Of a stretch of DNA of 6,582 nucleotides, positions 1 to 5,987 are shown piece after piece (positions within the stretch are counted from its first letter, which is position 1; every line of letters starts with the position of its first letter). The position numbers and the translations under genes are program-made. The DNA is from a virus, in IMG/VR virus record IMGVR_UViG_3300031151_000378, positions 1 to 6,582 of that record. One strand, given 5' to 3'. The notes beneath the pieces are model-generated. The model saw only the letters and a list, made by a program, of their open reading frames with translations, made no database searches and was not told the origin of the DNA.

Positions 1-127
1 TTAAATTCGCCTTGTTGCATAAATGCATGCATGTGGACATAGGTTTATTATGTTAGACAAAATTGAAATGCGTATACCTGTCGACTCCTCACTTGTAGAA
101 ATACGAGAGGATGGCAAGTACTGCATT
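1..127. repeat. Terminal direct repeat, copy 1 (identical to 6456-6582); overlap of a circular contig
   Basis: Base-by-base comparison: position n equals position n+6455 over the segments I checked across 1-127. Confidence 0.95.
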
Positions 128-1282
128 TTCGGTTTTGATCTTCTCGATTTATCAATCCGCTTTGATGCTATGGAAGTTTATAAAGATGATGAAGGTGAGA
201 AACATCATCAAGTTTTAAGACATCCTTATTCACGCCTTCCTACTTCCTACACAAAGATGGCATTCAAATTTGTACATGAAGGTACAAATTATCCATATGT
301 TGAACTTAAGTGCAGTCCCGCTAAAATTCTGCAAGGTCACAATGTGTTTGGCACTGACTTGATAAAAGAAGGTGCTTTTGAAATGCTTGGCTGGTTGCTT
401 GAAACACATCCTGATTTGTATTCAATGCTCCATATTGAATCTACAGAGATCATGGTTTTAGACGTCACTTATTCAGCACGTTTAAAGGACGATGAGACTG
501 TTGCTAAAGTGCTCTCATTTATGCGTAATTTTTCTGGACAGTACACACGTAAATCAAAGCATTCTGTAATTCATAAGAATACTGTTTACTTCGGTTCAGA
601 ACGTGCTAAGTGGCTACAGCGTAAACTTTACGGTAAATACATTGAGTTTATGGAGCAGCTTGAAGACCAACGCAAGCTTGCTAAGAAGAATGATAAAGCA
701 GCCGAACGAGTTGTAGCTGTCATGGAAGATCCAAGACTACAACAATGGGCGCAAGGCTTACTCCGTATTGAAACTGGTATGAAAAAAGCATGGCTACAGA
801 AGCTATCTATACCAACTAATCTATTTCAATTAATTAAATTTCAAGAACTTAATCCAAATTTTTTACAGCAGCTATGGCTGAAAGCCAATGACGATATGTT
901 TAAAGCCCTAGAGGGTCAAACTATGAAACTAACTGATCACGAATCTGTTTATTCTGCATTACTCGCTAAATTCACCACCATCACACCATCAGGCCGTAAA
1001 TCCATAACCAAAGCTAGAAACTTATTCAATTTCTATTGCGGTTTAGAAATGCACGGCTGTGAAGCTATGAAGAAGCGTTACTGTGAACGTCAATATTATC
1101 AACACTTTGGCGATCTAGTTAAATCTGGTTTGTTCTCAAGAATTTTTTTACAGAATCTTCATTCTGACTCACAAACAAACGTAATCCCGTTCATCAAGCT
1201 TGTAGAAATCAAATTTGAAGAACAAGTACCTGACTGGTTTGTCGAACCAGTCTCAACATTCCGTTTTAAAAATATCGCTTAG
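50..1282 (+). CDS. Rolling-circle replication initiation protein, phage gene II/X family (Ff gpII-like), 410 aa from ATG 50
   Basis: The track ORF is 23-1282. I place the start at ATG 50 (AGG at 41-43) for three reasons: MLDKIEMRIPV looks like the gene II family N-terminus, it gives 410 aa, and codons 23-49 lie inside an ATGCAT palindrome. Motifs I recall from Ff gpII are present: SPAKILQGHNVFG (Ff SPAKLLQGHNVFG), FTTITPSGRKS (Ff FTITPSGKTS) and VPDWFVEPV (Ff RPDWYNEPV). These are from memory and not aligned computationally. Confidence 0.88.
   Translation: MLDKIEMRIPVDSSLVEIREDGKYCIFGFDLLDLSIRFDAMEVYKDDEGEKHHQVLRHPYSRLPTSYTKMAFKFVHEGTNYPYVELKCSPAKILQGHNVFGTDLIKEGAFEMLGWLLETHPDLYSMLHIESTEIMVLDVTYSARLKDDETVAKVLSFMRNFSGQYTRKSKHSVIHKNTVYFGSERAKWLQRKLYGKYIEFMEQLEDQRKLAKKNDKAAERVVAVMEDPRLQQWAQGLLRIETGMKKAWLQKLSIPTNLFQLIKFQELNPNFLQQLWLKANDDMFKALEGQTMKLTDHESVYSALLAKFTTITPSGRKSITKARNLFNFYCGLEMHGCEAMKKRYCERQYYQHFGDLVKSGLFSRIFLQNLHSDSQTNVIPFIKLVEIKFEEQVPDWFVEPVSTFRFKNIA
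923..1282 (+). CDS. Candidate gene X-like protein: in-frame internal initiation inside rep, 119 aa
   Basis: ATG 923 is in frame with rep and is preceded by GAGGG (911-915) at 7-nt spacing. The Met sits in FKALEGQTMKLTDHESV, which resembles the region where Ff gpX starts (recalled as FKAFEGDSMNIYDDSAV, codon 300 of gene II). Confidence 0.5.
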   Translation: MKLTDHESVYSALLAKFTTITPSGRKSITKARNLFNFYCGLEMHGCEAMKKRYCERQYYQHFGDLVKSGLFSRIFLQNLHSDSQTNVIPFIKLVEIKFEEQVPDWFVEPVSTFRFKNIA

Positions 1283-1293
1283 GAGCGTAAACC

Positions 1294-1605
1294 ATGAACA
1301 CTAAACAAGTTTTTTTAGTAACTGGAATTGAACCAAGTAAAGGTGAAATGACCGACCAAAAAACTGGAAAGCCATTTACTTGGGATTCAACAAATTTCCA
1401 TATTCAAGTACCAACTAAGCACGGTCACGGCTTTAAAGGTGCTACTCAGAAAATGTCTGGATCAATCAATTACGAGCGCTTCAAGAATATTCAGACACCT
1501 TGTGAAATGGAGTTTGAGTTCTCGATTGAGGTGAATGGCCAATTCCTTAAATCAACCTTGACCAATGTAGTTCAATTAAAAAACCATGAATTATCAAAGA
1601 CTTAA
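1294..1605 (+). CDS. Probable ssDNA-binding protein (gpV-like), 103 aa
   Basis: It lies immediately downstream of rep, as gene V does in Ff. A strong SD AGGAG (1281-1285) sits 8 nt before the ATG. The protein is small and soluble with no TM segment. TGKPFTW weakly resembles the Ff gpV segment QGKPYSL. The assignment rests mainly on synteny and size. Confidence 0.6.
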   Translation: MNTKQVFLVTGIEPSKGEMTDQKTGKPFTWDSTNFHIQVPTKHGHGFKGATQKMSGSINYERFKNIQTPCEMEFEFSIEVNGQFLKSTLTNVVQLKNHELSKT

Positions 1606-1613
1606 TATTCATC

Positions 1614-1641
1614 GTTTCGTATAATGTATAATATGTCAATA
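1614..1641 (+). other. dif-like 28-bp site (XerC-arm-like GTTTCGTATAA, 6-bp centre TGTATA, degenerate XerD-arm-like ATATGTCAATA)
   Basis: It matches 21 of 28 positions of E. coli dif (GGTGCGCATAA TGTATA TTATGTTAAAT), with an identical central hexamer. It also contains two TATAAT hexamers (1620-1625, 1627-1632), so it could equally be promoter sequence for the downstream genes. Confidence 0.4.
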
Positions 1642-1668
1642 AAATCAATAACTTATGAGAATAACAGC

Positions 1669-1773
1669 ATGACAGACAATATTTATAAATGCAAGAAGTG
1701 CGGTGCTTTATTCTCTAAACATACTGAATTCTTTAGACATTTTTATAAATGTAACCATAAAAGTGAGTATTGA
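1669..1773 (+). CDS. 34-aa peptide with classical C2H2 zinc-finger spacing (MTDNIYKCKKCGALFSKHTEFFRHFYKCNHKSEY)
   Basis: I translated this manually; it is absent from the supplied track. The pattern is Y-x-C-x2-C-x3-F-x5-F-x2-H-x3-C-x-H. There is only a weak SD-like GAGA (1657-1660). Its stop TGA at 1771-1773 lies 2 nt before ATG 1776 of the next ORF. Confidence 0.45.
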   Translation: MTDNIYKCKKCGALFSKHTEFFRHFYKCNHKSEY

Positions 1774-1775
1774 CC

Positions 1776-2090
1776 ATGTTTGGAATTAGCGAAAAAGAAT
1801 ATGACAGACAAAAGCACGCTGAGCGACTGAACCGAATTACGTCTAAGTCACTCGTCTACCAAGAACTACTTTCCAGATCAGTTCCCAATGATCTTGTATT
1901 TATTGGTGAGAGAGCAATTCGTAAATCCTTTATACATTCCATTGCTCGCTATACCAATGAATCAGCCAAAGGAACAACAATCACTTATTTTGATTTTGAA
2001 CTAAATGGCTACTCTGATCGCATGACAACTTACTTATCTATTTCAGATAAGACAATGTCCTTTTCAGAAATACAAAAGCTTTTGTCTTAG
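1776..2090 (+). CDS. Hypothetical soluble protein, 104 aa
   Basis: The track ORF is 1770-2090, which uses a TTG. ATG 1776 is more likely, being preceded by GTGAG (1763-1767). It has no TM segment and no motif I recognise. It is tightly packed with the flanking genes. Confidence 0.6.
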   Translation: MFGISEKEYDRQKHAERLNRITSKSLVYQELLSRSVPNDLVFIGERAIRKSFIHSIARYTNESAKGTTITYFDFELNGYSDRMTTYLSISDKTMSFSEIQKLLS

Positions 2091-2101
2091 GAATTTAAGA
2101 A

Positions 2102-2281
2102 ATGTCATACGTCTGTACACAACTTCAAGACAACGTATGCCAGCAATGGGCTGAGCAATCAGTCTTGTTACCGCCACTAAGCTACACTGAAGCTACTGCC
2201 ATCGGTTTAGCTTTTTGGCTATGTCTTGCAACCGTCTGGGGCATCAAAGTCATACGGGTGCAAATCTTTGAAAAAAACTAA
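2102..2281 (+). CDS. Small single-TM protein, 59 aa; candidate minor coat or assembly protein (gpVII/gpIX position)
   Basis: I translated this manually: MSYVCTQLQDNVCQQWAEQSVLLPPLSYTEATAIGLAFWLCLATVWGIKVIRVQIFEKN. An AGGA at 2089-2092 sits 9 nt before the ATG. The hydrophobic helix AIGLAFWLCLATVWGIKVI is followed by basic residues. The stop TAA at 2279-2281 overlaps the coat-gene SD. Confidence 0.55.
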   Translation: MSYVCTQLQDNVCQQWAEQSVLLPPLSYTEATAIGLAFWLCLATVWGIKVIRVQIFEKN

Positions 2282-2292
2282 GGAGATCCACT

Positions 2293-2505
2293 ATGGATAT
2301 CAAAACTTTAAAAACACGTTTTAAACAAGCTGCTCTTGTAGGTTCAACAGTAGCTGCTACTGGCCTTGCCAATGCTGCTGTAGATACAACTGCAGTTACT
2401 GGAGAGCTTTCAGGTGCAGCAACTGCCGGAGCAACCGTAGCTGCTGCTGCAATTTTGATTCCGCTTGGTATCAAAGTATTCAAATACATTCGTTCTGCGT
2501 TCTAA
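2293..2505 (+). CDS. Major coat protein (gpVIII-like), 70-aa precursor
   Basis: SD AGGAG (2281-2285) sits 7 nt before the ATG. The leader is MDIKTLKTRFKQAALVGSTVAATGLANA, ending in an A-x-A motif. The predicted mature 42-aa protein has an acidic N-terminus (D, E), an Ala-rich hydrophobic core and a basic C-terminus (KVFKYIRSAF). That is the canonical inovirus coat pattern. Confidence 0.9.
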   Translation: MDIKTLKTRFKQAALVGSTVAATGLANAAVDTTAVTGELSGAATAGATVAAAAILIPLGIKVFKYIRSAF

Positions 2506-2522
2506 GTTCGAATGACAAAAAC

Positions 2523-2561
2523 GGGGTTGCTTATCGAAAGGTTTGCAATCCCTTTCTTTTT
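2523..2561 (+). terminator. Rho-independent terminator downstream of the major coat gene
   Basis: The stem is GGGGTTGC (2523-2530) with GCAATCCC (2545-2552), 8 bp including one G-U pair in RNA. It is followed by TTTCTTTTT (2553-2561). This is the same position as the strong terminator after gene VIII in Ff phages. The 14-nt loop is rather large. Confidence 0.6.
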
Positions 2562-2595
2562 AGAGGTGTGAAATGGAAGATATAGGGGCATATAT

Positions 2596-3906
2596 ATGGC
2601 TATTAATGATGATCTACATCGGTATAAAGATGTTCTAAAAAAACAGATATCACATGCATTTCGCATCTATCTTTCAATAGCGATTTTACTATCACCTTTC
2701 TACTTAATGACACAAGCTAATGCACTCATTACAGTAAGGGATTGGAGCATTACAAATGTTGAAAAGCAGGGTGAAACAGCCATGGCCACTGCTGAAAAAA
2801 AAATTATTTTAAATGGCAAAAACTATATAAAAACTGGTAAAGCCAAAATAACTCCTACACCTTCTCAAGTCGCTAGAATTTTTGGTAGAACAGCAGGCGC
2901 ACTTGCTTTAACATTAGCAATCGAGCAGATGCTCGGAGCCGTTGATTTTGCACTAGATTCTGCTAATAATCAGATCACTTATACAAAGAAACAGCCTCCT
3001 AATGTTCCTAGCTTACAAAATGCTTGGTGTTATACAACAAATAAAACTTACTGTTTTTCTTCTCCTTCCTCTGCTAAAGCTTATTTTAAATCTCTTTACC
3101 CACAGTTCCCCGCTGATTATATCTGGACTCAGCAAAATCAAAATGCTTATTATTTAGTGTTAAGAGAAAAATCAGATTCAGAATCTGGTGGTGTTTCTGT
3201 TTCATTTGTTTATATCAATAATCCGTATTATGATCCGACTGCAACTACTGATACAGAGCCAAAAACAATATCTCTAACAAACGTTGCGCAACGTGTCATA
3301 GACAATGCTAAAACCGGTGAACCTAAATCTCAAGCAGCAATATCTGAAGCAGTAGATCAAATCCTAGCAGATGCTGAAGCAGATCCTAAAGCATCAGCAG
3401 CATTAGCACGTGAATTTGACGAATCATCAGAAACAAAACCTGCTGATGAACCTTTAGATGTAAAAATCAAAGGAAAAACTACAAATCCAGATGGCACAAA
3501 AACAGAATCAGAATTTGATATTCCTGTAGCCTGCGATTGGATGCCACTCGTTTGCCAAGCTGCATCAGTTGTTATAACAAAACCCGGAGAATGGGCAGAA
3601 AATATCAAAGCTGCATATGACGATGCAGTCGACTATTTCAAAGAAGAACCAAGCGATTCAGATTCAGAAGAATTAGAAATAGAACAGCCAGAATTTGAAG
3701 CTGAGCAAGTGAATTTACAAGGTTCAACAGACTGCCCACAAGACTCTGTTTCATTTTCACTGATGGGCAAATCCTACACATTAGACATGCCATATCAACC
3801 AGTCTGCAATGCGCTCGATTTCTTCCGACCTGCTGTTCTCGCAGTTGGGGCAATTACATCTGCTTATATCATTGCAGGCATAAGAACAAAAGAGGATGAA
3901 ACATGA
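2596..3906 (+). CDS. Minor coat / host-adsorption protein (gpIII-like), 436 aa
   Basis: It follows the coat gene. The N-terminal signal-like segment is IYLSIAILLSPFYLMTQANA, ending in A-x-A. Paired cysteines occur (WCYTTNKTYC, ACDWMPLVC). Acidic low-complexity linkers are present (EEPSDSDSEELEIEQPEFEAEQ). The C-terminal membrane anchor is AVLAVGAITSAYIIAGIRTKEDET. These are domain features typical of g3p-type proteins; no direct sequence match was recognised. Confidence 0.7.
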   Translation: MAINDDLHRYKDVLKKQISHAFRIYLSIAILLSPFYLMTQANALITVRDWSITNVEKQGETAMATAEKKIILNGKNYIKTGKAKITPTPSQVARIFGRTAGALALTLAIEQMLGAVDFALDSANNQITYTKKQPPNVPSLQNAWCYTTNKTYCFSSPSSAKAYFKSLYPQFPADYIWTQQNQNAYYLVLREKSDSESGGVSVSFVYINNPYYDPTATTDTEPKTISLTNVAQRVIDNAKTGEPKSQAAISEAVDQILADAEADPKASAALAREFDESSETKPADEPLDVKIKGKTTNPDGTKTESEFDIPVACDWMPLVCQAASVVITKPGEWAENIKAAYDDAVDYFKEEPSDSDSEELEIEQPEFEAEQVNLQGSTDCPQDSVSFSLMGKSYTLDMPYQPVCNALDFFRPAVLAVGAITSAYIIAGIRTKEDET

Positions 3907-4184
3907 GTTTAAGCAGCATATTAACCAAAATATCAGATGTAGTTTTGAGTGATGCGGGTCAAAAAGTGATTGGCGGTCTCGGTATCTCAGTATTCACATA
4001 CGCAACATCACAAGCAATCTTCAACCAAGCCATGTCAACCGTATATCAATACTGGGGTCAACTTGGCAACGTCATGTACTTATTCGGTATAAGCGGTGCA
4101 GATCAGGCCCTTAGCATGGTTTTATCAGCGATTGCCGTGCGTGTAGCAATGAACAGCGCAAAACTAGGATTTAAAAAAGCCTAG
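3903..4184 (+). CDS. Small hydrophobic virion/assembly protein (gpVI / Ace position), 93 aa
   Basis: An ATGA overlap with the gpIII-like stop (3903-3906) suggests translational coupling. GAGGA (3892-3896) sits 6 nt upstream. Hydrophobic segments are present. It lies between the gpIII-like and Zot genes, as gene VI does in Ff and ace does in CTXphi. Confidence 0.65.
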   Translation: MSLSSILTKISDVVLSDAGQKVIGGLGISVFTYATSQAIFNQAMSTVYQYWGQLGNVMYLFGISGADQALSMVLSAIAVRVAMNSAKLGFKKA

Positions 4185-4229
4185 CGCGGTGAGGTGCGAG
4201 GGCTCGCAGTCACCGAACAAGCGCTAGGC
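4179..4229 (+). other. GC-rich compound hairpin spanning the gpVI-like stop codon and ending just before the zot SD
   Basis: The outer stem is GCCTAGCGC (4179-4187) with GCGCTAGGC (4221-4229), 9 bp. The middle stem is GGTGA (4188-4192) with TCACC (4210-4214). The inner stem is TGCGA (4195-4199) with TCGCA (4204-4208), closing a GGGC loop. No T-run follows, so it is not a canonical intrinsic terminator. Confidence 0.6.
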
Positions 4230-4242
4230 AAGGACAAAAACA

Positions 4243-5547
4243 ATGATTAATTTAGTAGTGGGTTCTCCAGGACACGGCAAAACGCAATTTATGATCTCAA
4301 AAATACTTGAGATGATTAAAGATAATGAAAAATTGGAATCAGAAGCTAAACAACCACGTGAGATATACTGTGACATCAAGGAGCTACTGATTCCTGAAGT
4401 TGAACCCGCGCCTGATGACTGGAGACAAACGCCCGAAGGCTCAATCATCATCTATGACGAAGTTCAATATCGAAAAGAATATGAGTACAAGGGTAATCAA
4501 TATTCACAAGATCAGATGATTAAAGATTTAACGATCCATCGTCATACAAATAAAGATTTATGGCTGATTACACAAGACCCTCAGCGTATTGAGAAAGGCA
4601 TTCACAAGCTCATTGATCGCATGTATTACATTAAGCGACCTGCATCAAAGCCAAAATACACCAATGTCTTTGAATTTGATAAATGGCTTTCAAACCCTGA
4701 AGCTGCTGCAAACCGCAATGCCAAACATAAAAAGTATCTGGATTTCTATCGTTTTCACTTTGATGACAAATACCAAAGCCTATACAAGTCAGCTACTGAT
4801 CACTCCAGTATCAAGTTCAAATTACCAAAACAGCTATTTGTATTTTTAGGCATTATCGTTGCCATACTTGCATTCGTAGTTATCGGCTTAATGAATACCA
4901 GTACATTTAATACAAAAAGATTTGAAGATAAGGACAACCAAAAGGAAGTTAAAAAAGAAACTTCCACAACAGGTACAACAAACGTCCAAGCTTCTGATCC
5001 AAACGTTAAAGCTGATCTTAACGTCGAATGTCGTAAGGGCATCAATGTAGAAAAACCTGAATGCGTCAAATGGTTTGATGAGCTATCAAAAAATAATGGC
5101 TCAATTACTGGACAAAACTCACAAACAACTATGGTTTCATACAATCCAAACAAGCCCTTTGAAACTAACCAAATACAAGATTCAATTCAGTATCAAGTTA
5201 CAGCAAAGCCTGTTTTATCAGGCTGTATGAAAACAAACAAAGGCTATCAAGCATACACGCAACAAGGCACGAAGTTAGACGTATCACAAGATGACTGTAA
5301 GAAAATCATCTCTGGCGATCGACCATTCAATTACTTTCAGGAACAACAAAATGCACTATCTACTCAAAACAATCTTTCGACAAATAATACGCAAGCTAGT
5401 CAACAAAATACTACGCAAACTGTTTCCAAGATGACACCTGAACAATACGCTAAATACTTGCAATATCTAGAAAATAACAATCAAGCTCAGAATTATGTAC
5501 AAGATAATCTCAAACACAATCCCATCAATGGAGCACATGCACTATGA
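4243..5547 (+). CDS. zot: Zot / gpI-family phage assembly P-loop NTPase, 434 aa
   Basis: The N-terminus MINLVVGSPGHGKT carries a Walker A motif, and SIIIYDEVQ a Walker B. HRHTNKDLWLITQ resembles the conserved Zot-family HRH...D...ITQ motif. A single TM segment LFVFLGIIVAILAFVVIGLM spans about aa 198-217 and is followed by a C-terminal domain of about 215 aa. AAGGA (4230-4234) sits 8 nt before the ATG. Confidence 0.9.
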   Translation: MINLVVGSPGHGKTQFMISKILEMIKDNEKLESEAKQPREIYCDIKELLIPEVEPAPDDWRQTPEGSIIIYDEVQYRKEYEYKGNQYSQDQMIKDLTIHRHTNKDLWLITQDPQRIEKGIHKLIDRMYYIKRPASKPKYTNVFEFDKWLSNPEAAANRNAKHKKYLDFYRFHFDDKYQSLYKSATDHSSIKFKLPKQLFVFLGIIVAILAFVVIGLMNTSTFNTKRFEDKDNQKEVKKETSTTGTTNVQASDPNVKADLNVECRKGINVEKPECVKWFDELSKNNGSITGQNSQTTMVSYNPNKPFETNQIQDSIQYQVTAKPVLSGCMKTNKGYQAYTQQGTKLDVSQDDCKKIISGDRPFNYFQEQQNALSTQNNLSTNNTQASQQNTTQTVSKMTPEQYAKYLQYLENNNQAQNYVQDNLKHNPINGAHAL

Positions 5548-5690
5548 TTCATACATTTAATGTTTCATTGCTCTATTTCATCTTTGATTTACAAACATTT
5601 TGGTTGTTTATAATCACTTTTTTTACCCTCTGGCTTATTCCAATTTTCTGTTTCTATAAAGCATTTCAAGTCTTTTTCATTGATTACTAA
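5544..5690 (+). CDS. Small very hydrophobic protein, 48 aa (MIHTFNVSLLYFIFDLQTFWLFIITFFTLWLIPIFCFYKAFQVFFIDY)
   Basis: I translated this manually. An ATGA overlap with the zot stop (5544-5547) suggests coupling. It has two hydrophobic stretches. Caveat: an open frame through T-rich sequence could arise by chance (rough estimate a few percent). Confidence 0.4.
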   Translation: MIHTFNVSLLYFIFDLQTFWLFIITFFTLWLIPIFCFYKAFQVFFIDY

Positions 5691-5804
5691 AACCGACTAT
5701 TTGATTATCCGGGGCATTTCAAAACGAAGCATTCAGGGGAATTGGATCACATTTAAACAATATTAAAATTTCTGTTTTCATTTGAGTGATCCAAGGCGTA
5801 GTCT

Positions 5805-5981
5805 ATGCGTAGTGAACATTGGCATTTTATTCATTTAGATCGTGAAAATTGCTCTAAGTTATTGATAATTTATTTCAACATACTTAAGGATTGGCAAAAT
5901 ATGACAAATTTTGAAAATAATATTTTTGAATACATTGCTCTTTTATTGCTTTCTTTTCTATTTTTGAAGTTTTATTTATAG
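5805..5981 (+). CDS. Possible small protein, 58 aa, with a C-terminal hydrophobic helix; a shorter 26-aa version from ATG 5901 is also possible
   Basis: I translated this manually: MRSEHWHFIHLDRENCSKLLIIYFNILKDWQNMTNFENNIFEYIALLLLSFLFLKFYL. AAGG (5793-5796) sits 8 nt upstream. The internal ATG 5901 is preceded by AAGGA (5886-5890). No motif was recognised, and it may be non-coding intergenic sequence. Confidence 0.25.
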   Translation: MRSEHWHFIHLDRENCSKLLIIYFNILKDWQNMTNFENNIFEYIALLLLSFLFLKFYL

Positions 5982-5987
5982 TTTGAG

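Noticed and set aside
23-49. N-terminal extension of rep (MHACGHRFI), and the equivalent 38-codon extension of the minus-strand regulator (6374-6487)
   Set aside because: Both extensions are produced by ATGCAT palindromes, which read Met-His on either strand. Family-typical N-termini begin downstream. I kept them only as alternative starts.
1770-1775. TTG start used by the ORF track for the 106-aa ORF
   Set aside because: An ATG two codons downstream (1776) has better spacing to the GAG-containing SD-like sequence. The TTG overlaps the preceding stop codon.
2250-2489. 79-aa minus-strand ORF antisense to the major coat gene
   Set aside because: It is the mirror of an Ala/Val-rich GC-biased coding stretch. 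The + strand ORF has a strong SD and canonical coat-protein architecture. No start signals are visible for the antisense frame.
3357-3853. Minus-strand ORFs 3357-3608 and 3638-3853 inside the gpIII-like gene
   Set aside because: Both lie entirely within a longer, well-supported + strand CDS. No SD or recognisable motif is visible, and they are typical antisense open frames.
4224-4451. 75-aa minus-strand ORF over the zot start
   Set aside because: It is antisense to the Walker A region of a confidently called gene and runs through the GC-rich hairpin. No start context is visible.
4589-5153. + strand ORF 4589-4849 (alternate frame) and minus-strand ORF 4800-5153 within zot
   Set aside because: Both are embedded in the Zot CDS, have low-complexity translations and lack ribosome-binding sites.
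5688-5698. The 11-mer TAAAACCGACT, shared with the left arm of the terminator at 6092-6102
   Set aside because: Several 11-mer coincidences are expected in an AT-rich genome of this size, and there is no matching right arm at 5699 onward.
5719-5779. 20-aa minus-strand micro-ORF (MKTEILILFKCDPIPLNASF) starting at the CAT at 5779-5781
   Set aside because: No SD is present, it is very short, and it lies inside the loop of a chance-level inverted repeat.
5742-5794. 9-bp inverted repeat TTGGATCAC ... GTGATCCAA with a 35-nt loop
   Set aside because: About one such repeat is expected by chance in 6.5 kb, and the loop is long and AT-rich. It could be origin- or packaging-related, but the sequence alone does not support that.
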